Assembly (NCBI RefSeq): GCF_030028105.1
Contig: NC_092379.1
Span: 45,866,150 to 45,930,149, forward strand
Direction: 5' to 3'
DNA from: Mobula birostris
Taxonomy: Eukaryota
DNA length: 64,000 nt
The notes under the pieces are model-generated. The model did not search any database. It was given only the letters and a program-made list of their open reading frames with translations, and was not told where the DNA came from. Each line of letters opens with the position of its first letter. The first letter of the stretch is position 1. The position numbers and the translations under genes were made by a program. Positions 23,001 through 35,029 of this stretch are shown here, piece by piece.

Positions 23001-23799
23001 ACCAAATGAACATGCTGTGCTCCAAAGTAGAACCAGCTTTACTTTTTCCTACAGGATGACTTATTATAGTAATAATATTTATAATACTCTGACATATTAT
23101 TGTCAGAATGTCAACAACGAGATTTCAGTATAATGCTAATGGACTGCTTTTTTAACCATTGAAAATTCCGGTCTAAAATTCATATGCCTACAAATACTTT
23201 TCTTTTTTTTAATACTGTATCTATTTCAATGCTACACTGACTATTGATAAAACCGAACCACAATGCTAATTAAATCCGCATGATGAGTAAAGGAAATAGG
23301 TTAAGATTGAACTCAGACAAGCAACGTCTTTTGAGGCAGAGGATCAATCAAATAACCTTCTGGAGATTTTGCCGTGTTACAAAAAAACGGAAATTATTAA
23401 ACCAGTGTAATTAATTTTAATTACGACTATTACAAATTAATTAAAGTTTCGACCTTAATCGTCCGTTAATAAATTTAATCAAGTTGTTTGCTTATCGTTG
23501 TCGATTAAATGTAATCAGTAACTTTCCAAACAGATGCTTTATGTGTATCCAGAAAATTTAAATAAATTTTAACCATATTTGAATTAAAGTGAACGAGTGG
23601 CACTTGTAAATTGGTATCGCAATGCGCTTTGTAATATACTATTTGATATTTGGATACATTCACCAAAATGATTGTTTTTTAATTGAAACTATAATCAAAT
23701 ATTGTCGTATGAAAGTCAGGGTTAAAATAATTTGTGTCACGAAATCATAACATGAGCGAATGAAGTGCAGTTTAAAAAGTTCGTGCAATGGTTCATTCG

Positions 23800-24860
23800 T
23801 TCGGTCAGAACAGGATCCGGTGGAATTTTTGTTACGAAACCTTGCTGGCTTTATGACGGGGAAATCGCGCCTCACGAGCGTGTTTGAAGGTTATGACAAA
23901 AATGATGAAGATAGAGACGTGCATGTGTTGTATATGGATTTTAGAATTTGACAAGATTCCTCGAGGCAGGCTTTTTCCAGACAGACGTGAGACGTGGGAT
24001 CCAGGGAAGCTTAGCTGCACGGAATAGATTTGGCTTTCCGGTAGAAGTCAGAGCGAGGTGGAACATAGACGGTATTCTTCCTGGAGGTTGGTGACGGTGG
24101 TTTTCCGCAGGGATTGTCTGTGACACCTACAGTTTGTGTTTTTTTTAATATAGGTGAAGAAGTGGAAGAGCGAGTTAGTACATTTGCAAAGGAGATGGGT
24201 GTGGAGGAGGAACGGTGAGTTAGTATGTTTGCAAAGGAGACGGGTGAGGAAGTGGAAGGGTGCGTTAGTAAGTTTGCAGATGACACAAACACTGGCGGTA
24301 TTGTGATTAGTGCAAAAGGTTCTTGTAGGCAACAACGAGATATAGGCAGAATGCAGAGCTGGGTGGAAAAATGGCAGATGGACGTTGGACTGAGGATTTT
24401 TTTCAGGAGCTGTGAGGTAATCACAGCTGTGTTGGATCGCTAGAAAACTCTGGTTACTCCACATTTAAAGCTTCCACGACTTTTCTATAATAAAGCAAGT
24501 TTAGTTCTGCTCACTTCAGTATAGGAAGGATGTGGAAGCTTTGGAGAGGGTGCAGAGGAAATTTAACAGAACCCAGCCTGGATTGGAGAGCATGCATGTG
24601 CGATATAGGGCTTTCCTCTTTGGAGCGAAGGTGGATGAGAGGCGTTTCCGGTTACGAGAAGCATAGACCGCCCATTTCTCAGTGAGGCTATGGGCAGTAC
24701 GAGAGGACATACGTTGAAGCAGAGTAGAGTAAAGATTCGGAGAGATGCCAGAGATTGTTTTTATGTTTTCTTTGAGAGTGATGGGTGCCTAGAAAGCTCT
24801 TCCTGCGATGATGGTCAAGAGGAACATTTAGAGACTCCCAGATAGGCACATACGGTGGAT
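23800..24860 (+). mobile_element. Fragmented CR1 RT region with internal duplication
   Basis: VLYMDF, VSKFADDT, MQSWVEKWQM, YRKDVEALERVQRKF motifs; a partial repeat of the gttagta..tttgca block at 24170-24280. Confidence 0.75.
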
Positions 24861-24869
24861 TGTGGTGAA

Positions 24870-25631
24870 AAGGGCCATTGCTTAATTGGGGCAGCAGCTT
24901 ATTTGGGACAATTCTGAAGGAACAAAAGCTGTTCGAAAACATCAGCCGGGTTTCACTTCATTTATTTAGCACTCTATCCAAGTTCACTGAGACAAGAGAT
25001 TGTTGTCAAAGTTTCTAACTAGGGTCAGTCGCGTTCACTTGTGTGGCGAACATTGTGCTTAGACCGAGCAGTTTTTATTAGCGTCTGTTTTGTGTGTTTG
25101 TGTCCATGAAGTACTGTTTTATTGTCGCTGTTAGCTGGTCAGAAGTAAGCAGGAAAACAATTCGGAAATGCATTCCTCGCTGCGGTTTCAAATATTCAGC
25201 AGTGGAGACGGCCGGGAGTAAAAATGAAACAATTTGACTACTTCAACAATCAGAAAATACGAAGAATTTGAAGGTTTCGACAATTATCTTGAATGTTTCG
25301 AGTGCATTGTATTAAGGCAGTCCATTATCTACACAACGTGCCTGCGCTGATGTGTTCACAGTCAATCAAAAGAACAGGGCAGCAAACAGTGTGGATTAAT
25401 TCCTACCATTATAATTCCTACGAACTAAAATTTTATAGTACGGTAGTAGTATTATTAGTGCTCTAATTTGTTATGTATTTCATTTGAATAATTTGTTGCT
25501 CATTTAAAACGTAGTTTGTCTTTTTTATATGTTTTAAAATATTTCCATGAAACTTCCCCTAATTGGGACAGCCACTCAATTGGGCCAAACTGTACTGGTC
25601 CCGATGTGTCCTAATTAAGCGGAATCTACTG
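24870..25631. mobile_element. Probable non-autonomous Tc1/pogo (Tigger-like) DNA transposon
   Basis: Subterminal motif cttaattggggcagc near 24885 mirrored by ctaattgggacagc near 25560; terminus cggaatctactg at 25631. Confidence 0.4.
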
Positions 25632-26600
25632 TCCACTGAAGTAAATGAAGGGTTATGGATCGATCGTGCAGTAGATTTATATAGATCGGTACAACATTTG
25701 GGCCAAGGGCTGCTCAGTTCTGTGTCCATGTTCTACGCTCAGTGTGCTACTCAGAATCGTAGTCAATTCATACTGAATCATTAGAAGATATTTACACAAG
25801 CTAGAGCAATGGAGTAGTTTTTTTTTTAAGATAGCGGCCATGTTAAGAAAGCGCAACGTTCACTGAAGGAATCAGACGGCCTCGACATTTAAAAGATAAT
25901 TGTAACATGACAAAGTATGGGATGATCAGTGGGAGGTGATCGCGGAACTGAACGTGGTTTGGAGATTGACAGAGTCAGAGTTCACAGAGATCGGAAGGAT
26001 AAGATCGGAAAGAAAGTTGAGAAGAGAGACAAGAATTTTAAAACTGTCTGACTGGGTTTCAAGGATAGGACGAGTGATGTGGTATGTATTCTGGACTGGG
26101 TCAGATGAGCTAAAGGGGGATGCGCGGCGGAAATTGGTGTTTTCGCGGTTGTAGAAGGCAGATGAAGGAACTTAAACGTAATGTTTGTTTTTCAACAGTG
26201 CCGCCATCAGGCACAAACCCATGGTTCGTTCTTTCAAGGTCGTGCTTGGTGACAATGTGGGAAGCAATGTTACAGGGCCATGCTAACCAGTGAGTACTTG
26301 TCCGTATTAATCCCATCTTCCAGCACTCGGCTCAAAGCCCCAAAGATCGTTCCTGCGCTCCTCCAGATACATTTTAAATGCTGTCAACGACTCTGATTCA
26401 TCGCTCCCTTTGGACACCGAATTCTAGGCAATCGACATTCCCTTAGAGATAAAATCAATCTAGATCCCCTGAAATCTTTTCACCCTTTTACTTCCTTTAT
26501 CTTAAAAGTGTGTTTTTACTTTTATATGTCTCCAATAGAGAGACAATTTAACCATTAACCAATGCCAACAGCCCCGTTACCAGCACAACCACACCCCCCG

Positions 26601-26601
<1 letters not shown>

Positions 26602-26635
<34 letters not shown>
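26602..26635 (+). repeat. (CA)n microsatellite
   Basis: Direct. Confidence 0.97.
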
Positions 26636-26636
<1 letters not shown>

Positions 26637-26659
26637 CCACTATAAGCAAACAAATCGTA

Positions 26660-28320
26660 GTCACAGACTTCATTCACGTTTTTTTGAAGACAATTATGCC
26701 CAATCAGAAGCCCTGTATAAACCATGAGGTCCGCAATCTGCTGAGGGCCGGATCAGTGGCATTCAGCTCTAGCGACCAAATAAGATATAAAAGGTTCACC
26801 TACAATCTCCGGAAAGCCATTTCACGGCAAAACGTGGCAATTTCGGACCAAATTTGAACCACGGAAGGATGCTCGACCACTGTGGCAAGGATTTAATGTC
26901 ATTTCCTCTTACAAAGAGAAAACACGGCGACATTTGTGATAACAGCACTGTCAGGACTCTGAAGCAGTGATTCAATCGCAGACCCAGTACTGTGCACATA
27001 GTACTGTTAATTGAGTAACAAATCCTGCGGTGCAAAAGGTGCGTCAAAGTTCAGGAAGAGATCAAAAAATCCAAAGAAATCCAACAACCAGAATCGGGGA
27101 AACAGGCAGAGTCGATATTCAGACGGACAGAGTTCAGATACGAATGCTGGAAAGGCTCAGGAAAATTCACTGCCACAGTCTGGCAACAATCAGGTGAAAA
27201 CACAGGACTGAAATACACTGAGCAATAAACAGAGAATCACATGATAGGTGGAGCACAACGCGACAGAAGTGGCAGCAAAAATAGATAATAGAGTGAAACA
27301 GGTGAGAGGTGGAGTACTCAGTAATACAGGGGCCGGAGTAGAGCAGGAGCTGGGACAGGAGCACATGGAGCATGAAAACAAACAAGAGCACATGGCAATA
27401 CAAAACCACAGACTGACGGCTAGGGGAAAAACGCACAATAAGACAAAGTTCAACTGGAGGTGCTGACAAAAGCTTAGTACCGGGATGGGCTCAGTGTATT
27501 CTATGTTCACTTTGACCATCAAAACATGGATGATCCTTTACGAACTCACACAGACCACAGATGGGTCACTTGGCTGAGTGTTAAAAACCTGTGATGATCA
27601 ACTGGCTGAGATGTTCACCAATAATTTTAAATTCTCACTTCGGCAGTCTGAGGTGCCTCCACTTTTTTTTTTAGAAGTTTGAGAAGATTCGGCATGTCAT
27701 CTAAAACTTTGACAAACTTCTGTAGCTCTGTGGTGGAAAATACATTGACTGGTTGCATCACGACTTGGTACAGAAACAGCAACGTCCTTTAACGGTAAGC
27801 CTTAAGAAAAGTAATGGATATGACCCAGTCTATCAAGGGTAAAGCGCTCCCCACGATTCAGCACATCTACCTGGAGAGCTGTCGCTGGAAGGCAGCATCC
27901 ATCATCAAGGACCCCCACCCTCCCAGACCATGCTCTCGTCTCGCTGCTGTCATCAGGAAGGAGGTGCAGGAGCCTCGGGATACACGCCAAAAGGTTCACG
28001 AACAGTTATTATCCCTCAACCATCAGGCTGTTGAACCAATTGGTATAGCTTCATTCAACTTCACTCATCCCATCACCGAACCGTTCCCACAACTCAATGA
28101 TTCACTTTCAATGACTCTTATCATGATAATTTCTTTATTTTTCCCTTTTGTATTTGCATAGTTTGGTCCATTTTGAACATTGGTTAGTTGTCCATCCTGT
28201 TGGGTGCAATCTTTTATTGATTCTGTTTTTTCTTGGATTTACTGAGAATGCCCACAAAGAAACAAATCTCAGAGTTCTATATGCCGATATGTTTTTTTTA
28301 TAATAAATTTACTTTGAAAC
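26660..28320 (+). mobile_element. Rex1/Babar fragments interrupted by an LTR-like insert
   Basis: Similar to 36480-36800 and 37850-38200 of the long Rex1 copy (kpw.nhevr.ll, fgms.ktl.nf, silt.cit.wy). Confidence 0.7.
26949..27468. mobile_element. Probable solo LTR nested in Rex1
   Basis: Ends TGTCAG...CTGACA (6-bp inverted termini) and splits a Rex1 sequence; no clean TSD. Confidence 0.5.
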
Positions 28321-28419
28321 TTGAACTTTGTAATTTAACACTAACTCCTAATGCACAGTCATGCCATATTGAAACACAAAGGATCCCAGTACTAGTCCCC
28401 GTGGAACACTAGTTAACAC

Positions 28420-29308
28420 TGTTACATACCTTAAAGAGATCTGTGATTTTTTTTTGTGAGAATGATGTAATGGTCTTTTGGAGGTCACCTGATGTAGTTT
28501 TCCAGCCGATGTGAGCTCACGTGATGACATGTGCACCACGGGTATATCAGGGAAGACCCCAGATGACGCAGCTAGTTTTTTAGGTTTTAGTTTTCCAGCT
28601 AGAACGTGCGTTTGCGTCTCCGTTTCTGTTGCGTGTTTATTGTATGACGCAGTTTCTTTTTTTTTAAAACGGAGTGTAACGTTCTGTTGCAAGGTACAAT
28701 AGTGCTGGATTGGCAATTTTTGCTAGATGTGTTGATGTACCTTTTTCCAACAGTAGTACGGGAGAGCGAAGACTTTATCGAAGTACGGGACCCGAAGGAT
28801 TGAAAGGATTCGGTATCGTTCGGCAATTTAACAAAGGATCGACCTTATTGAGTCTTCGTTGAAGGAGTAGCGTCCTGCATCGATATAACTCTTGCCAAAA
28901 GATAATGTAGTGCATGCAAAGGTTTTCTCTCCAGAATTTAAGGTCAGTTGTTTTAAACTGTTCGTTTCCTGCATCGTGAATCATTTGAACAGAACCAACA
29001 GGAAAATCGCGTCTCTGAAGAAATCCTTCTCTAGACAAGTCTCTCCCAATTGCACGTATAAATCTGTTGGGCTTTCGAATTTACCATTTTAAGAACTATA
29101 TCTGACTTTACCGCTTTAAAAACTGTTTGCGCATTTAACGCTTTAAGAACCAGTGCCGAGTGACGATTTGTTAAATGGCTGCATAGCGGTTAACTTCCGG
29201 TTAAGGTGTTCGTTTGTATTTTTTATTGTTTATCTGTGTTCAATAAATGTTTAGTTGTTTTTATATTACCTGTCTCGACTGATATTCGTTGTTGCCGGTT
29301 ACGTAACA
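28420..29308 (+). mobile_element. Probable solo LTR (~890 bp)
   Basis: Termini TGTTAC...GTAACA, near-TSD acac/gcac, AATAAA near 29241, CpG-richer than its flanks. Confidence 0.55.
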
Positions 29309-29544
29309 GCACCTTCTAACAATCACAGAAAAACCCTTCTGAGGTCACCAGAAACCCTCATTTTAACATCATTCCCTGAATCAAATAGGTCTTAACATCT
29401 TAGATTACATTTCTAAATTAGACCTATTGCTGGCCTCACTGACGTCAATGTCAACCATATTTATTATGGTACCTCACAAATTGGAGCTAGAGTTAGATGT
29501 AATCAGGGCCATTCTGGAGGCTGAAGATATTACAGACGAGACTT

Positions 29545-32045
29545 TTGAAGAGGTGGTCATACCCAGTGTATAGCCTTTGGACAGTAGACTTGTGGCCACC
29601 AGGAGAGGTAGTGGAATATGAAGTCAGTGCAGGGTTCTCCTGTGGCCACTCTCCTGAGCAACAAGTATGCTCCTTTGTATACTGCTGGGGGTAGGTGAAC
29701 ATCAGATCACGGCAGCAGCAGACAGACTGCTGACACTGTGGCCGGCTCTAAGGCTTGACAGGGCAGGATGAATTCAGGCAATGCAGTTATAATCGGGACT
29801 TTATAGTTAGGGAGACAGAAAAGATATTCTGTAGCCACAAAACAAGGCACTAGGATGGTGTGTTTCCTCCTAATTGCTGGGATCCATGATGCATTGGAGC
29901 GGCTGCAAGATATTGTCAAGGACAAGAGGGAACAGCTAGAACTCCTGGTGCATATTGACAACAATGACATCGAAATGGGATGGTAGCACGGATGAGTGAG
30001 TGGCTGCAGAGATGGTGTAAAGGACAGGAGTTCCAGTTCTTGGATCATTGGAATCTTTTCTGAGAAAGGGGTGACCTGTACAAGACGGAGCTACGATGTT
30101 GAAGCCATTACTGAAACTTGGCTGAGAGGGGAGCAGGATTGTGTGCTTAATGTACCAGGTTTTCGAAGTTTTGGAAAATATAGAGGAGGAGGTAAAAGAG
30201 CGAGTGGAGTTGCACTGCTAATCAGGGACAATATCACAGCGGCACTCAGAGGAGTCAGACACTAAATCCATTTAGGTGGAATTCGGGAATAGGAGGGGTG
30301 CAATCACACTAATGGGATTGTACTGCAGATCCCCGATTAGGCACCGGGATATTGAGGAAGAGATATGCAACCAGATTAAGGAAATGTGTGAAAATAATAG
30401 GGTTGCCGTCATGGGAAATTTCAACGTCCCTAGTGTAAACTTAGACCTTCTTATTGTGAGGGATTCAGAAGGGGCTCAATTTGTTAAATGTATCCAGGAA
30501 GGTTTCTTAGATCAAAATGTGGACGGTCCAATCAGGACAGTGGCTGTACTGGACCTCACGTCGGGAATCAGTCTGGCCAGGTGACTGACCTTTGAGATTA
30601 AAGGGCCATTAACCAGTGTCTTTATGTCCTCTCTAGCCACAGGGAAGGCTCCAGAGGACTGAAGAGTGGCTAATGCTGTACCTCTTTTTAAAGAATGAAC
30701 AAGGAAAGTCCCAAGAACTATAGATTGGTGAGTCCCACGTCAGTTGTAGGGTAATTGCTGGAGAAAATTCTTAGAGATAGGATATATCAGTTTCGGTTAA
30801 CCCATGATCTAACTAGGGAGAGCCAGCATAGCTTTGCTTGTGGCAGGTCGTACCTTATTATCTTGATTGAGTTTTTTTGACACGCTGATGAGAGAGATTG
30901 CTGAGGGTAGGGCAGTGGTTGTTGTATACATGTTTTTTAGTACAGCATTTGACAAAGTCCCTCATGGGAAGGGAGACTAATCCAGAAGATTAGATGCATG
31001 GTTTGTGCAGTGAATTGGCTGTTTGGATTCAGCACAGGCTTGCACATAGAAGAGAGAGGGAAGTGGTCAAAGGGGCTTATTCGAGCTGGAGGTCTGTAAT
31101 TATGGAATTCCGCAGGGATCCGTGCTGGGACCTCAGATGTTTGTTATATATACAAATGACCTAGATGAAAATGTAGATGGGTGGGTTAGTAAATTTGTGG
31201 ATGATACCAAGACTGGTGCAGTTGTGGGTAGTGTAAAAGACTGGAAAAGAATACAGCATGATATGGATTAGTTGCAGACATGGGCTAAGAAATGGCAGAT
31301 GTACTTTAACCCAGGTAGGGCAAATGCAAGGCTCTCAACAGTGTCGCTGAGCAGAGAGATTTCAGGATCCAAGTTCATATCTCTTTGAAAGTGGCTCCAC
31401 AGTTGAAAAGGCAATTAAGAAGGCATGTACTATACTTGCTTTAATTAGTCATCACATTGAGTTCAAAAGTCAGGATATTAAATTGCAACTTTATAAAACT
31501 CTGTTTAGGCCACATTTGAAGTGTTGTGTGTAGTTCTGGTCACCTGCCATAAGAAGGACGTTGAGGCTTTGGAGAGGGTGCAGAAGAGATTTGCGGGACA
31601 GTGCCCGGTTTAGAGCTATCACAAGAGGCCGGATAAACTTGGCTGTTTTCTCTGAAATGTCAGAACCTGAGAGGATTATGAGAGGCATAAATAGAGTAAA
31701 CAGAGAGTCAGTTCCCCAGGGTTGAAACGTCCAACACCCGAGGGCAAGCACTGAAGGTGAGAGGGGCAAGGTTCAAGGGGAATGTGAGAGGTAAGTTGTT
31801 TACTCAGAGAGTCGTGGATGCCTCGAATGCGCCGCCTGGTATGGTGGTGGAGGGAAATACACTAGAGGCTTTTTAGAGATGTTTGGATCGGCACATGGAT
31901 GAAAGGAAGATGGAGGGATATGGACATAGTGTAGGTAGGAGGGATGAGCGTTCGGGTGTTTTTGATTTGCTCTGTAGCTGGCTCGACACAATATTGCGGG
32001 TTGAATGATTTGTTCCTGTGGTACTCTTCTAAGTTCTATGTCCTA
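29545..32045 (+). mobile_element. Degenerate, internally deleted CR1 LINE
   Basis: ORF1 esterase remnant (~29790-30060), endonuclease AITETWL..NVPGF and MGNFN (30090-30590), RT PQGSVLGP and KFVDDT (~31110-31210), ttctatgtcctatgttct tail. Confidence 0.85.
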
Positions 32046-32364
32046 TGTTCTAATACACAATTTCCTTCTTTAAAATAAATACAGATTCGTCACTGAGATC
32101 TGCCCTTGACATACCCGGTACCCCTGGCTGATCCGGCAATCCCAACTACTCCATCCCCACACATACTATTTCCAAATTTATCAATCCAAGATTTACGAAA
32201 CTGAAATACCACCTCCTCTTTCGTATTTCCTCTTGTTTTAACTGAAAAGAAATCCATACTCTGTTGCCAGATTATCTAATTTTCAATCGTGTGATAATAA
32301 AGGAAACAAAATCTTAATCAAAATCAAAGTTTGAATTAAAGTGTTGACTTCAACTACCTTACTT

Positions 32365-33210
32365 CTGGTATGGGAAGGAGCTCGACCATCCGACTCCAAC
32401 TTCCCTGGGCGTGACACTGGATAGGACGCTCTCATTTGCCACCCACATCCAAAAACTCCAAGGGAAATTTGTCTCTCACAATTCTCTCTTGAAAAAAATT
32501 AGCAGGCACAAAATGGAGAGCTAATGCTCACACACTCAGATCAACTGCTCTAACAATCTGCTATGCACCTGCAGAATACTTACCACCTGTGTGGGGCAGA
32601 TCAGCCCATTCAAAGAAAATAGACCCTTTCCTTAACGAAGTCTGCCGAATAATTACGGGCACACTGCGCCCCACACCCATTAACATCATTTACAGACTTG
32701 CAGGCATTGCTCCCCGAGAGATCCGAAGACATACTACAACAAAAATTGAAAAAGGTAAACAGAACTCGGATCCACAGCACCCACTACATCATCATGTGCC
32801 ATTTTCCAACGCCTAAAATCGAGGAAAAGCTTTGCTACAGTGGAGGAACTACCGCACGGAACATTCCCCCTAACATACAGGATTGACCTCTGGCAACAAA
32901 CAGAAGCCAGATCCAGAACCAAACAATACAGTGCAAGACCGCACAGAAATGTTACCAGACGGGGCACTGCTTGGCAGTCGGAAGTGGTGCACACTGAACA
33001 GAGCTAAGCGGGAGTAGGATGGGAGACAATATGGTGAAGTGGGGTTTAAAGACCAACGAATCCTGTGAGCGTGGCGAAAGGGTGCAGAACATTGAACAAG
33101 TTCTGCGCAACTGCCCACTGTCACCTGATTTAGCAGACACTGACCTGCTCAACATGACCAAACAACACTAGAGTGGCTGGCTGTCTGGTGTGACAAGCTA
33201 TGATGATGAC
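32365..33210 (+). mobile_element. I-group (Ingi/Vingi-like) LINE 3' fragment
   Basis: LGVTLDRTLSFATHIQKL, ANAHTLRSTALTICYAPAEY, PVWGRSAHSKKID..LNEVCRIITGTLRPTP; (ATG)n tail. Family assignment is from remembered motifs. Confidence 0.6.
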
Positions 33211-35029
33211 CTCACTAATTAGATTCCTTGCATTCAAATAGAAGAAAATTAGCTTTGCATTCTTTCTCCTCTTCATTTATCCACCACCTCTGCCAACAGG
33301 TGTACTGCACTTCTTCACCTTCCGGTGCATCTGCACATCCACCCATTTCTCTGCGATTATCCTCACTAGATGGTTGCAAGTTCATCCACGATTTACATGA
33401 TGATTTTGAACTTTTAAGATCAGCCTCAATTTGTCAAGATGAAAATAGAAGATGCTCGGCAATATCCTGGTAACAGAATTGAGACAGCAGGATGTGATAC
33501 AGTTGGGCAATATTAGCATGTATAATTTCATAGAAAACGACAACAGGGAACCGAGAGGAAAATATGCTTGCTGGAAATGACGGTGAGTTTCATGGGGTTG
33601 TAATTCTGGAACGTTAGATTCCCCTCCCCCCCCCCCCCGCCCCCCAATGAGTTAAAGACAAGTGGCACTGACATCAAATTAGACGTTCTTGTCCTCTTGA
33701 GACAAAGAAAGTCCATGGCAATCGCACACATTGTATGGGCGCAGTGCATGGAAACGAGAATAGGAAAGGCGCTTCACCAGAAAAAGGAAAAAGTATAGAT
33801 ACTGTTTATTTCCCTTCAATAGATGCTACATAGCATACTGAGTTCCTTCTTCATTCAATGCGTGTTGCTGGGATAATGCTTGGGCATGTTGCTGTGGAAT
33901 TAGGTGAATGAAAAAAATAATAAAACAGCTTTGATAGCATGGAAAGCGTTAATTTCAAAACATATTTGCCACTGCATTAATAGCCAGCGACAGGAGTTGG
34001 AATCCAACCATGGCAACCCGAGAAATTCAGATAATCATCTCATTAACAATAAATGTCCTTATTTTAAAGTTAGCTTCAGCAGATCACAAGACATGAGCAA
34101 AAAATACGGAACAAATGCACAATTGGTTTGCTCGTGTCCTTTTGGAAAGAATATCTGCTCTCCTTTCCTAATTGGTGCCGGTGCCATAAACTCAACTTCT
34201 TCATCCTGACCAGGAAATATTTATACTCCTTGTCTTTAGAAGATATTAATCCATATTCATTGGATCCAAGCAGAAAAAAAAAATCTGAAACCATAATAAT
34301 TCTAATTTGGGATCTCCAGTTCTGATTTATTGACTGGAAGATATTTCATTTCAGGGACCCGTTACTGCCATCCACTGATCATTGCTGGCATAGCAAGGCG
34401 AGGATTTCAGCATTTTTGTCTGTCTGTGTTCTCTTTCCATTCATCCGCATTACCTCATGAACGCCAACACTCTCATCTAACAAATTAAAACCAATTGGCC
34501 TCAGTCCACCCAAAATTCACTGGTAACATTTAGGCAATGTTTGTTTTAACTTGTGAGGGAAAGAAATAGAAAATTGTCTCCTAATTTTACTCATATCACT
34601 TTATAGAAAATCTTATTCGTCTCAACTGTAGAGAAGACAACGGATTTGACAGTTTTATACACAATTAGCCACTGATATTATTCCACCAATTAAACATTGA
34701 ACTCCCCTAGGATAAATATACCCATAAATATAACAAAAGCATAGCTCGGATAAACGATCGTTCACAATACATCTTCTTTGCGCCTCGTACAGAAGCAGAG
34801 CGATCTGACACGGTTTGATTTGTTAGTTTCCAAAGAATTACCAGAATCTGTGAATTTCAGCATTTGCCAATACATAATTGCTACATTAAATCCTAGCCAA
34901 CAATAAACTTTCCTACAGTTAGGTTCGAAAGAATATGATGCGACTGAACACAAAAGTAAAAAAAAAAACGCTTTTGCATATGTGGAGAAAGATTCAATGT
35001 TGACGTTTTAATTTGATTTCCAATGGAAG

